Shown: piece by piece, positions 21,973 through 32,889 of the stretch
How the letters are laid out: each line of letters starts with the position of its first letter
Numbering within the stretch: position 1 is the stretch's first letter
Source of the DNA: Eledone cirrhosa
Lineage: Eukaryota
Reading direction: 5' to 3'
Assembly (NCBI GenBank): GCA_964016885.1
Contig: OZ024743.1
Span: 186,682,001 to 186,746,000 of the forward strand
Length of the DNA stretch: 64,000 nt
Notes under the pieces: generated by a model
Databases searched by the model: none
Seen by the model: only the letters and a program-made list of their open reading frames with translations
What the model was told of the DNA's origin: nothing
Translations under genes and position numbers: made by a program

Positions 21973-24260
21973 ACATTACATAGAGACCAAGAGGGAAGCT
22001 AGGCGACAAGTATACTTAGCTAGGAGGGAAGCAGAGGATAGAAAATTCAAGCATGTTTTACAACGTGAGGACCAGAAACAGGAGGTATTCAAGATTGCGA
22101 GGCAGTGTGTCAGAGATAGTTGTGATGTCATTGGAGAGAAGTGTATCCGGAATGATAAAGGTGAGCTTGCCCTCACAAGTGCTGAGAAGAAAGATGCATG
22201 GAAGAGTCATTATGATAGATTACTAAATGAGGAGAATGCATGGGAAGAAGAGACCCTACCCCACGTAGACCCTATAGAGGGACCAGCAGTACAAGTCAGC
22301 GGCAGCGTAGTAAGTAAGGCAATCAGAGATATGAAGATAGGGAAGGCAACCGGTCCATCGGGTATAGCTGCCGAGATGCTGAAGGCATCTGGGTCTGTAG
22401 GTCACACTATAACCACACGTATCGTTAACCAGGTAATACTAGAGGGGGCCATACCAAAAGATTGGTGCAGTAGCATCATTGTCAACTGCTACAAAGGTAA
22501 AGGCGATGCACTAGATAGAGGAAACTATAGAGGTATAAAGTTGATGGACCAGGTCATGAAAGTAACAGAAAGAGTTATAGCACAGCTGATTAGGGACCGG
22601 GTGAATATAGACGAGATGCAATTTGGGTTTGTTCCAGGGAAAGGCACCACTGATGCGCTCTTCCTTGTGAGGCAATTACAGGAAAAGTACCTAGCTAAAA
22701 GTAAGCCACTCTACTTGGCATTTGTCGACCTTGAGAAAGCCTTTGACAGAGTTCCACGTGCAGTAATCTGGTGGGCTCTTAGAAAACTAGGAGTAGATGA
22801 ATGGCTTGTGAAAGCGGTACAAGCCATGTATAGGGGAGCAGTCAGCAAAGTTAGGATTGGCAATGAGTATAGCGAGGAATTTAGCGTACAGGTTGGGGTC
22901 CACCAGGGCTCTGTTCTTAGCCCTCTCCTGTTCATCATAGTCCTGCAGGCAATAACGGAGGAGTTTAAGACCGGATGCCCATGGGAACTCCTGTATGCTG
23001 ATGACCTCGCACTCATAGCTGAATCTATGGTAGAACTAGAGAATAAATTCCAAACCTGGAAGCAGGGACTAGAGAGAAAGGGCCTCAAAGTCAACATGAC
23101 AAAGACTAAGGTCCTTATAAGTAGACGAGAAAACAGAACCCAGATCCCCTCAGGGAAATGGCCTTGCTCAGTATGTAGGAAAGGTGTAGGTAGGAACTCC
23201 ATTCTTTGCCCCAAATGCAAACAATGGGTACACAAGAGATGTAGCGGGATCTCAGGAAGCTTAATTAAGAATGTAGGATTCACATGCAGCAGCTGTGCTG
23301 AAACAGCAAGCAAACAGCCACAGGAAACAAGTACCACCAATCTCTGGGAGGGCCCTGTAGAAACAGTAGACAGCTTCTGCTACCTAGGTGACCGAATTAG
23401 CAACGGAGGTGGGTGCTCAGAAAGTACAATAACTAGGGTAAGAACGGGATGGAAGAAGTTTAGGGAACTACTACCACTGCTAGCTGCAAAAGGCTTCTCC
23501 CTCAGAATGAAAGGCAGACTGTATGATGCGTGTATCCGAACAGCGATGTTGCATGGTAGTGAGACCTGGGCGCTGAAGGTGGAAGACTTACGTAGATTAG
23601 AGAGAAACGAAGCCTGCATGCTCCGATGGATGTGTAACAGTAATATACGTGAACGACAAAGCATAAATGAATTGAGAGAGAGACTGAGCATAAGAGGAAT
23701 CAAATGCTGCGTGCAGGAGAGGCGGTTACGCTGGTATGGACATGTGATGCGTATGAAGGATGACAGCTGCATAAAAAGGTGCAGAGCACTAGAAGTTGAT
23801 GGAAACCGCGGAGTGGGGAGACCCAAGATGACTTGGGATGAGGTGATAAGAGCCGACCTTACCCAACTACACCTCTCAAAGTCAATGACACACGACCGTG
23901 ACTTCTGGCGTCACGCAGTAATACAGGGTACCCGACCTCCCATGGGTACATGCTGAAGCATATAAACAATATGCCCCCCCCCCCCCACCGCAAGGTGGTC
24001 GTGGAGGTGCCACGGCAAAAAAGCACCCAGCCCACACTGTAAAGTGGACGTGTAGGCGCCACGAAAAAGCACCCAGCACTCACTGTAAATGAGGTTGGTG
24101 TTAGGAAGGGCATCCAGCTGTAGAAATCAAGCCAGATCAGTTCCTGTATGAGCAAGGCATGGTCAGCCGACCAGACACTGCCCACAACAGGACAACCCGT
24201 CTAACCCATGCTAGCGTGGAAGAACGGACGTAAAACGGTGATGATGATGATGATGATGAT
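21973..24260 (+). mobile_element. RTE-clade LINE, 5'-truncated (endonuclease missing), 3' UTR and (GAT)n tail
   Basis: Begins after (TA)n; open RT frame; (GAT)n runs into (AT)n at 24240-24275. Confidence 0.95.
21974..23956 (+). CDS. RTE ORF (partial): RT domain with PHD-like finger
   Basis: GKATGPSGI, NYRGIKL, QFGF, FVDLEKAFD, GVHQGSVLSP, YADD, FCYLG, RRLRWYGHV; about 660 codons with no stops. Confidence 0.95.
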   Translation, partial: HYIETKREARRQVYLARREAEDRKFKHVLQREDQKQEVFKIARQCVRDSCDVIGEKCIRNDKGELALTSAEKKDAWKSHYDRLLNEENAWEEETLPHVDPIEGPAVQVSGSVVSKAIRDMKIGKATGPSGIAAEMLKASGSVGHTITTRIVNQVILEGAIPKDWCSSIIVNCYKGKGDALDRGNYRGIKLMDQVMKVTERVIAQLIRDRVNIDEMQFGFVPGKGTTDALFLVRQLQEKYLAKSKPLYLAFVDLEKAFDRVPRAVIWWALRKLGVDEWLVKAVQAMYRGAVSKVRIGNEYSEEFSVQVGVHQGSVLSPLLFIIVLQAITEEFKTGCPWELLYADDLALIAESMVELENKFQTWKQGLERKGLKVNMTKTKVLISRRENRTQIPSGKWPCSVCRKGVGRNSILCPKCKQWVHKRCSGISGSLIKNVGFTCSSCAETASKQPQETSTTNLWEGPVETVDSFCYLGDRISNGGGCSESTITRVRTGWKKFRELLPLLAAKGFSLRMKGRLYDACIRTAMLHGSETWALKVEDLRRLERNEACMLRWMCNSNIRERQSINELRERLSIRGIKCCVQERRLRWYGHVMRMKDDSCIKRCRALEVDGNRGVGRPKMTWDEVIRADLTQLHLSKSMTHDRDFWRHAVIQGTRPPMGTC

Positions 24261-24349
24261 ATATATATATATATAGGTAAGCGTAACTAATGGTGATTAT
24301 TCAATATAAACCATGTTGAAAATAAAACAATTTTATCTATTCTTTTTAG

Positions 24350-24650
24350 ACATGACTGTGGTCATGTTGTGGCACAACCTTTAAGGGTTTAGTCAATCAT
24401 AACAGTCCCAGTACATATTTCTTAGTCTAGTATTTATTTTATTGATCTCAAAGTTACAGGACATAAAGAAAAAAAAACTCTTATACAGGCATAAACAGTT
24501 CACAAAATGAAGTTTAGCAAAGTCTTATACCTAATTTCACTCCTATGGCCATATTAGAAGACATATGCCCTAATTGCTCTGCAATGGCACCAAACATGAA
24601 ACCATGTAGTTGTGAAGCAATCTTCTTAACCAAACAGCCATCTCTGAACC
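24350..24650 (-). mobile_element. Degenerate tRNA-derived SINE (third family)
   Basis: Reverse strand head 'atggctgtttggttaagaagattgcttcacaactacatggtttcatg'; related decayed pieces near 31370-31465 and 48600-48815. Confidence 0.55.
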
Positions 24651-25626
24651 TATTCATAGTAATAGTTAATTTAAAGTAGATGAAATGAATTTTACCAATG
24701 TTTGTCAGAAAAACAAAGAACTCTATTTGAATTAAAAACAAAGCTACTCTTTCAGTTGAATAAAAAGAACAGTGAAAATCCCAGTAGTATACTTTAATGA
24801 AATAATATATAATTCTATTATATATTCTAAAGAGATGTATATATTTACTAAATTTTAATTTTTATTGATTTAATATATATTAAAATAGAATTGTTGTGAG
24901 AATAGAACAAAATCTCATCAGAGTACAATTTATTAAAGATTATGCACATTCCTAAGCTTGCCAACGACCTGATATTAATTCTTAAACTCTAAGAATTCTT
25001 TATATTTTCACCTCTTTTGGTATTATATAAAGATAATAACCTCAATTGACATAAAAAAAACAATTAAAGCTTTTTACAATCACTTCTTTAACAATCAATA
25101 GAGAATAAATACTTGTATATATATATACATGCAAACAACACACACTACTAAACTAGAGAATGTGTAAACTGAATATAGAGGTTTTATGATATAAAAATAG
25201 TTATTGAGTTTCAGTAATGGGAATGAATAAAAGAAAGTTTAATTAAGAGAAATAGAAAATTTAGGGAGTAGGAAGTGATACCTTTTCCAGTTAATGATGT
25301 AAATAAAGTGAAATAAATTAAATAAGAATTGGAATTGCTTCATAGATTTAGTTGTCAGTAGAATAACTAATTATAATTTCATGTCACCACAAAATATCTG
25401 ACTTATAAAGGCAGGGAAATTATATTGTAAAGGTTCATGGTTTTGTCAATGTTAATGATGCAGTTGATATGAAATGACTACAACTGTAAAATCAATTTGA
25501 TGATGGAATCAATTTATGAACAACATCATTATATCTCTCTCTCTCTTTCTTACATATATATATATATATATATGAACAGATTCAGGACCCTGACAGCTGA
25601 GCTCTGGCCATTTTGTATATATATAT

Positions 25627-25960
25627 GGAGGCACATGGCTTAGTGGTTAGAGCATTGGCCTTGCAATCAAAAGGTTGTGAGTTCAATTCTCAGACCGGGT
25701 GATGTGTTGTTTCCTTGAGCAAGACACTTTATTTCACATTGCTCCAGTTTACTCAGCTGTAGAAATGAGATGATAGGGACTGGGGTCCCTACCATTCCAC
25801 TGCAAAGTGGTCGTGGAGGTGCCACGGCAAAAAAACACCCAACACTCACTGTAAATGAGGTTGGTGTTAGGAAGGGCATCCAGCTGTAGAAATCAAGCCA
25901 GAATCAGTTCCCGTCCCACCCTTGCAAGCAGGGAAAAGTGGACGTGAAATGAAATGAATG
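25627..25960 (+). mobile_element. Full-length tRNA-headed CORE-like SINE with RTE-derived tail
   Basis: A-box TGGCTTAGTGG 25636-25646, B-box GTTCAATTC 25681-25689, CORE-like 'tccttgagcaagacactt'; tail matches the RTE UTR at 23995-24145. Confidence 0.85.
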
Positions 25961-26399
25961 ATATATATATACACACACATTTAAGTTTAGTGGTTCACCA
26001 CTGTCATTTTACACAATTATATATATGTAGAGAGAAAGAGAGAGATGTAAAATCCTAACTATGGCGGCAAACGGTTTCGGCTTGTGTGTGGCACTGTGAT
26101 CTGGATTTTACATATGTCTATACCAACTCTGCATCTCCCCATGCACACACACACACACACACACACAGACACACATATATATGTATATAAATATTTTTCA
26201 TGCAAGCATGGGTTGGAAAAGTCAGTCTGATTCAGTTTTTATTGGGGATCATAATTTGCTTGAATGTTGTTTTGGGAATGGTTTCTACAGCAGGATGCTC
26301 TACTTAACACAACCATTTTATGGAATGTATTGGGTACATTTTATTATAACAGCAGCACTAACGTCTTGCTACCATATAGTAGAAAATACGCCTAGCAAT

Positions 26400-26592
26400 A
26401 ATAACAATAATAATTGTTTCTACTTTTGGCACAAGGCCAGCAATTACTTCAGTGCCTTACTGGTGCTTTATTTTATCGACTCCGTAAGGATGAAAGGCAA
26501 AGCTAAACTTGGGCAGGATTTGAACCCAGAACGTAAAGGGCCACAACTCTATGTTACAAAGTTGGTGTCTGATGCTCCAATCTATCGCCCTT
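26400..26592 (-). mobile_element. Nin/Deu-domain SINE
   Basis: 'tttatcgactccgtaaggatgaaaggcaaagc...ggatttgaacccag'. Confidence 0.85.
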
Positions 26593-26989
26593 ATAACAAT
26601 AATAATAATAATAATAATAATGATGATGGTGATAATAATATAGAGTAGTCTTTTATATCTTTTTTCACCAGAAATGAAGATGAATGGAAAAAAGAAATAG
26701 AAATACAGTAAGCAACATTTCATGCAACACAACCTTTTGCAAGAGTTCCTTGAAAATCAATTACTTAAAATATGGAAATCATTTTACTTTCTATTCCAGC
26801 TGACAACATTTTCACCATTAACTCCATATCATTATATACAGTGACTGAATATATCTCTCATGCCATACTGAACTCAAAAGAACTTAAATATTTTTCAAGC
26901 CTATTCTAGGGATCATATTTAGATCTCTGCATTCAGTGTCCATATTTCATTATTATACAATTCATTATTATTATATTTCATTATTATTA

Positions 26990-27480
26990 GCTTTGCAGCA
27001 TAGAGTTATGACTCTTTGCAGTCTGAGTTCAAATCCTGCCGAGGTTAACTTTGCCTTTCATCGATAAAATAAAGTACCAGTCACGCACTGGGGTAGATTT
27101 AATCAACTTTCCCCTCCCGCAAAATTGCTGGCCTTGTGCCTATATAAGAAACAATTATATTTCATTATTTATTATTATATTTCATTTATTATATTTCACC
27201 AAGGTTGGTGGATTGGCAGTATTGTAGAGGGTCTGATGCCATGCTTTGCAGCAAAAAGTTATGGTCTGAGTTCAAATCCCGCCGAGGTTAACTTTGCCTT
27301 TTATCCTTACGGGGTCAATAAAATAAAGCACCAGTAATACACTGGGATAATTGCTGGCCTTGTGCCAAAAGTAGAAATAATTATTATCATATTTCATTAC
27401 GGGGTCGATAAAATAAAGTACCAGTAATGCACTGGGTAATTGCTGGCCTTGTGCCAAAAAGTAGAAACAATTATTATTAC
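26990..27480 (+). mobile_element. Tandem cluster of Nin/Deu-domain SINEs
   Basis: Copies at ~26990-27160 and 27203-27390, plus a repeated 3' half at 27398-27480. Confidence 0.85.
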
Positions 27481-30400
27481 AAACAATTATTATACAACCT
27501 AACATTTAGGAAAGTTTTATTTCGCCATCATCAACAACAACAATCATCATCTAATATTTTTCATTGATTTGATAATGTATATCAAAATCCATTCTGTGAA
27601 TGAATTATATTATTTAGATAACTCCCAATTATATATAAAGGTAAGGAATAATTCATCCTAATCTATAGTACAATAAGTAATAAATATACAAATGATAAAC
27701 ACACAAAAAAAATCAATCCTTCATTATTTCATTTGACTTCATGTTTATTTGACTGATATATTCACTTCTCTGAGGAATGGTAAGGATCAAATTCAATTAT
27801 CTATCTATAGGTGAATGGACCACAGTTTAGTGGTAAATGTCAATTTTTCATGATTTTTAAAGAGCTTCTATATTCTTTTTTTATAATATCCACACCTGTT
27901 TATAAATGTTGGTTTTGTTGTTAAAAGCTGGAGACATTGAGAGGCAACTTAGAAACATCTCACATACACATTTGTAGCTACATAAAAAATGATGAATCAT
28001 TTGTTTTTAATTTTTCATTTTTAAATATATAAAAGTGAACATAAAAGCCATGAGCCTTCCAGACATTGTCAACAGATGCAACACATGAAGCAGGTGATGA
28101 TGGAGAGAAAGCAAGACAATGAGAAGAAGAAATAAGAAAATAATAATAGAGGAAAGCAGAACACATTAGAGAGAGAAAAATATAAGAAATAAGCCTAAAC
28201 AGAGCAGAAATATACATAAGGTGTTGTAAAAAAAGACAATATAGTAAAAGCAGAAGAATTATTTGCTGAAAATATATTTTAAAGATTAGGCATAAAATAT
28301 TTCTTTGTATAGATATAATGACTGAGATTTAAGATAACATCAACAATCAGGACAATCAACCAGCAGCAGCTAAAGAACAAAGGAACCTTCAATGGAAACT
28401 TCTAGAAACTAAATATTTAATCAGTTCATCAGATTACCCCCCCCCCCCCCCCCCCCCCCCAAAAAAAAACATACAAAAAACCCCAGTATTTTTAGTAGTG
28501 TTTCTAAGAACACAAAATATATAATGCTGCAATTTTGAAAAACAATACAGGAAACTTTTCTTGGAAACCTAAAAATGAGGAAAGATGATGGAACAACATC
28601 AGCTGAAATAGTTCTAACAAAATCGTTTATTAAATATTTACAATAAAATTTATTTTGCATTATCAAAGACGAATTTTGCTTAGAATGTACTTTTTCTATG
28701 AAGAGAGCTAAGGATAGGACTTAAACATTATTTATGAAAATGAAGTAAAAGAAAAGTAATTAAATTTAGATTATCAATTATTTAGAATTTTTGCTGATTG
28801 AAACAGAAATGAAGTTAAGAGAGCAAGAGCAAAATATATTTGTTTATGATGAATCATGTGTGCTTAATTACATTTATGTACCATACTGCCATCTAATGTA
28901 CATGTAAAACATGCTGGAATACACCCCTCTTCAAGTTTGAACACAGTCAATTTTTTGCATAAAATGAGAGTGAGAGAGACAGAAAAAGTGGTTTGATGTC
29001 AATTTTGTTTGGGTTTATCTGTTAAGTGGGTCGTTGATTTCTGGAGTTGTTTCAATTAGGTTAATAGACAATTAAAAGGTTTTCATTTAGACAGTTCTGA
29101 TTTTTATTGTCAAACAAGTAGTTTATTAATAAGATTAGTAGTATATTTATTAGCTAGATTAGTAGTATATTTTGTTATTAAAATGGTCAGGTGGGCATAA
29201 TATTTGTATTGGATTCTTATTCATTGATAGTATATGGTTAGTGTATATTAAATGGTAGTTTTCCTATTCTGTGTGGGCGCAATGCTGATCACGTAATGGC
29301 AGAGATATATAGAAACCATGTAATATGAGTGCTGCAGATTGATGATGTCCATTGTCCGATACTAGTAACTAGTATAGGTTTCATTGTTGATATGCTGGGA
29401 GTGTTTTGGGTATAGTTCTGGAGGATATGATTATTTTTACTATATGTCTTGTGTAGTATGTATCGTGTAGGTCAGGTTGAGTTTAGGTATATGGACAATA
29501 TTTGCTTGAGTTCGTGACTAGCATTGGTTTATTTGCAGTTATGTTATGGCAATTAACATCCATGGTATATATAAGCTGATGGTAAATATTGCCTATAATT
29601 CTTGGAATAGTAAACAATATTTTGGAAAATGGTATTAAAAACTAGAGAAAATCCTCACTGCCCCAGATTACCAGCAATGAATCTTGCACTGTTAAGCTAT
29701 GATGAATTCAGAATTATGTTAACTATCTGTGTTTTTGTGTTTTATTAGTATTACATATCTATTTTAAAGTCGAATTCTAGCTAGATTTTATAGTCTCTCT
29801 TTTGACTTTCAAAGAACTTTAAAAGGAGACAAAATGATCTATCTGTGTTTACTCACTCTCCAAAACTATACATTGTATCATATTGACTAGTCTGCATCAT
29901 AATAATCAATATTTTTACTTTATTTGAAAACTGCATTTCACTAAATAATTCTCCTATTTTAAGTGTTTTTGGAGAAGTATTTTTGAATTTATTATGTTTT
30001 GTATTTCTACTCCAAATTTGTTCTGTGGAGACAAATATCTAGTAGTATTTTCTTCTTCTTTTTTAATAGTATGATTTCCAGATAGAAATAAAACAATTAT
30101 CACTGTAAATATGTTGTTACATTACAGAAACAGATGAGATGTATTTTTATTTCATGTTAAAAGGACATTTAGTTTTGTTATTACTAATGCTTCTACTTGA
30201 TTTGTTTAGAATTGTTTTTTGTTTTGATAGAGAGTGAAACATTTTATGTTAGAACATAAAGATTTTTATCATCTGCAACATTAAAGACTGAGAAGACATT
30301 ATTCTTGTTAAAATCCAATTACTACTAGCAAAACAGCATCTATTCCATCCAGAAAATCACTTCGACATCATATCTAGATCAAGCTAGCTAGTTTGATATG

Positions 30401-30834
30401 AAAACCATACAGCTTAAACAATATAAAGCAGAAACATAAATTATAATTTTGCATGTTTTAGAAAATAATGGAAACTGTAAGCAAAGATGAAATATAATTT
30501 ACTTTTCTTCCATTGTGAAGTTTCTATTTTAGCAGTCTTGTTATTGAACAGGTTGGTGAGAAATTCATTGAAAGAGTATTTTTTATCAAGGTAAGCAATA
30601 TCATATTAGAAAGAAATTTTTCTTTTTTAGTTATATATAGTGTCAGATAGATGTATATAGAGTCAGAAAGTTGTATATAGTGTCAGATAATTGGACAATT
30701 CTTACATTTATTTTTATAATTTTACAAACAAAAAATAATCTTATTTCCGAAATTATATTTTATATTAATGTATCTTTTAGAAAAGTGTAGACTTTAAAAT
30801 ATTGACAGTAAGAATGAAAGTCAAAAGCATAAAA

Positions 30835-31000
30835 ATAATTCTTTCTAACATGGGCCAGCAACATGGGCCAGCAACTTTGGGAAAGGGGAAAGCCACTTTA
30901 TTTTATTGACTCTGGAATTATGAAAGGCCAATTTGACCTCGGTGGGATTTGAGCTCAGACATAAAATACCATGAAGTATTTTTATGATGCGCTACTATGC
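30835..31000 (-). mobile_element. Degenerate Nin/Deu-domain SINE
   Basis: 'atgaaaggccaatttgacctcggtgggatttgagctcag'. Confidence 0.7.
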
Positions 31001-32815
31001 ATGAAAATAATATTATTTAGATACTAAAACTAAATTTTACTAATATCACACAAGGAGCTTTCCCATTGCAATGATGTTGTCAGTTGGGCCAATAAGCATT
31101 CAGCTGTTCGATCAACTGAACATTCTATCAACAACTGAACATTCTATCAACTGAACATTCTATTCATAAATTAATGTGCAAGTGGTTGAGTATTCTACCA
31201 ATAATTCTCAGGCAGAGTAAGATACCAACACAAGGGAAGTTGTTATGTCCTTATACAGCTGAAGGGTTAGAAGGACTCTTCAGCTGTGTCAAGGACATGG
31301 CAACTTCCCTAGTGTTGCTGCTATAAAATGCAGTTGGTGTTTGAGGAATTACAGGTACAATCCACCTGATGGGCTTCCATAATGTCCATATATCCAATTG
31401 CATTCATATACTTAGATCAAGATGCCACACAGTGGGATTCTTAACCAGCCAGAAATATCTGTGTCCATGAAATACTCCAACAAATAGAAGCTAATGAAAG
31501 AGTTTCTACGTGGCCATCCACTTGCTAGAAACAGTACCCAAATCTCCTTCAATCATACTCTACTATCATAAAATCAGGAAACATGTTTCTCTAGAGTAAT
31601 GCTTGTCCAAATAAACTATATCTTAAAAAAAGGAGAATGGTCATGGCTTGAAAACCTTGGATTATATGTATGCTTGATAATGGTTGTTCTGAGAATAACA
31701 TCAACAAATATGACTCACAACTAATATGCTCACACAACAAATATTATTCACAACAAATATGACTCACAATAAATATAACTCACAACAAATATACTGCTCA
31801 CAAATCAGGAATGGTGTCTCTTATTTAACCTTACCCTGGATTCAGAAGAAAGTATTTTACTTTTCCATTGACAATCTTCAAATTCTTGCCCACTATTTTG
31901 CTTTGTCCCTTACATTACCACTTTAAACACTATTGTATTTAACTAAGTTATTTGCAACTTACAAGCCAGCACCACTTCTTACAACTGTTCTCTAATGTGC
32001 TTGACATTTTTCTTACAATCACTATTGAAACATTGTAGTGGTTGTGGTTTTTACTCTAAAGGGCAGCTACTTCATAGAAGTTGTTTTTCTCTTAAATGTT
32101 CCTGCAAAACTGCAAACAAGCTCTACTAACGCAGTAGCAAACTTGCTTATAAATTAAACATTTTTAATCCATGGATGTGGGGGTGGGGATGGGGGGGGGG
32201 GGGGGAATTATGTGAAATGCTCTTCTTTTTTTTGGACATTTGATAAAAGAAAAGAAACAAACAAAAGAAATCAAGCTTACATGGTACATATTTTTTCGTT
32301 GCATATACTTTGGTTTTTGAGATTGAATCATTCCAGAAAAGATCTCTAAAGTACTTTTTCACAACTTCATAGAGTTCATTTGCCTCAACACCATATGAGA
32401 ATTTTGCTTTTAATGGCATATACTATTGTTACTAAAGATATAGTAAAATATCTATTTTAGGTTATGAATTTATAATCTATGAAATGAGATGCTCATATTT
32501 ATTCACTTGATAACTACATCTTTATCTTAACAACAAAGTAGTTAGGTTTAAGTGTTATGAGGTAAATTATTCACAAAAGAAAGCATATAGATATTGCAAT
32601 GCATAGTTCAACAAGGAACATTAATATAAAAAAGAAATAATACATAACTGAAATTTATATAATATAGCATACATCAAAATAGTCTCTTTAAATGTTGCGA
32701 GTTAAAGGGCATTCTCACTCATCAAGCTGCTGGACATCTTGTCTTCATGATTGCTTAGCACTGATTAACCACTAAAATAACATGCTCTCTCTCTCTATAT
32801 ATATATATATATTTA

Positions 32816-32889
32816 TTTAGAAATGTATCATATATATACATACGGATATATATATGTATATCCGTATGTATATATGATACATTTCTAAA
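32816..32889. repeat. Fold-back palindrome next to (TA)n
   Basis: ~33-bp arms differing by one TA unit. Confidence 0.85.

Noticed and set aside
22711-23826. Antisense ORFs of 209 and 148 aa (also 9314-10039)
   Set aside because: Shadow frames of the RT coding strand with no recognisable motifs.
21929-23956. RT ORF as a retron, DGR, group II intron or full-length gene starting at 21929
   Set aside because: The motifs and (GAT)n tail are RTE LINE. The first ~15 codons are read-through from the adjacent repeat and microsatellite, and the endonuclease domain is missing.
25627-25700. tRNA gene
   Set aside because: A/B boxes are present, but the sequence runs into a CORE-like domain and LINE tail, so it is a SINE head.
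26045-26115. Hammerhead-like 'CGAAAC' on the minus strand inside 11-bp inverted repeats
   Set aside because: No CUGANGA half can be found.
29000-29600. Possible old Penelope relic on the minus strand (also 43080-43480)
   Set aside because: Strand-skewed composition is suggestive, but no convincing motif could be read.
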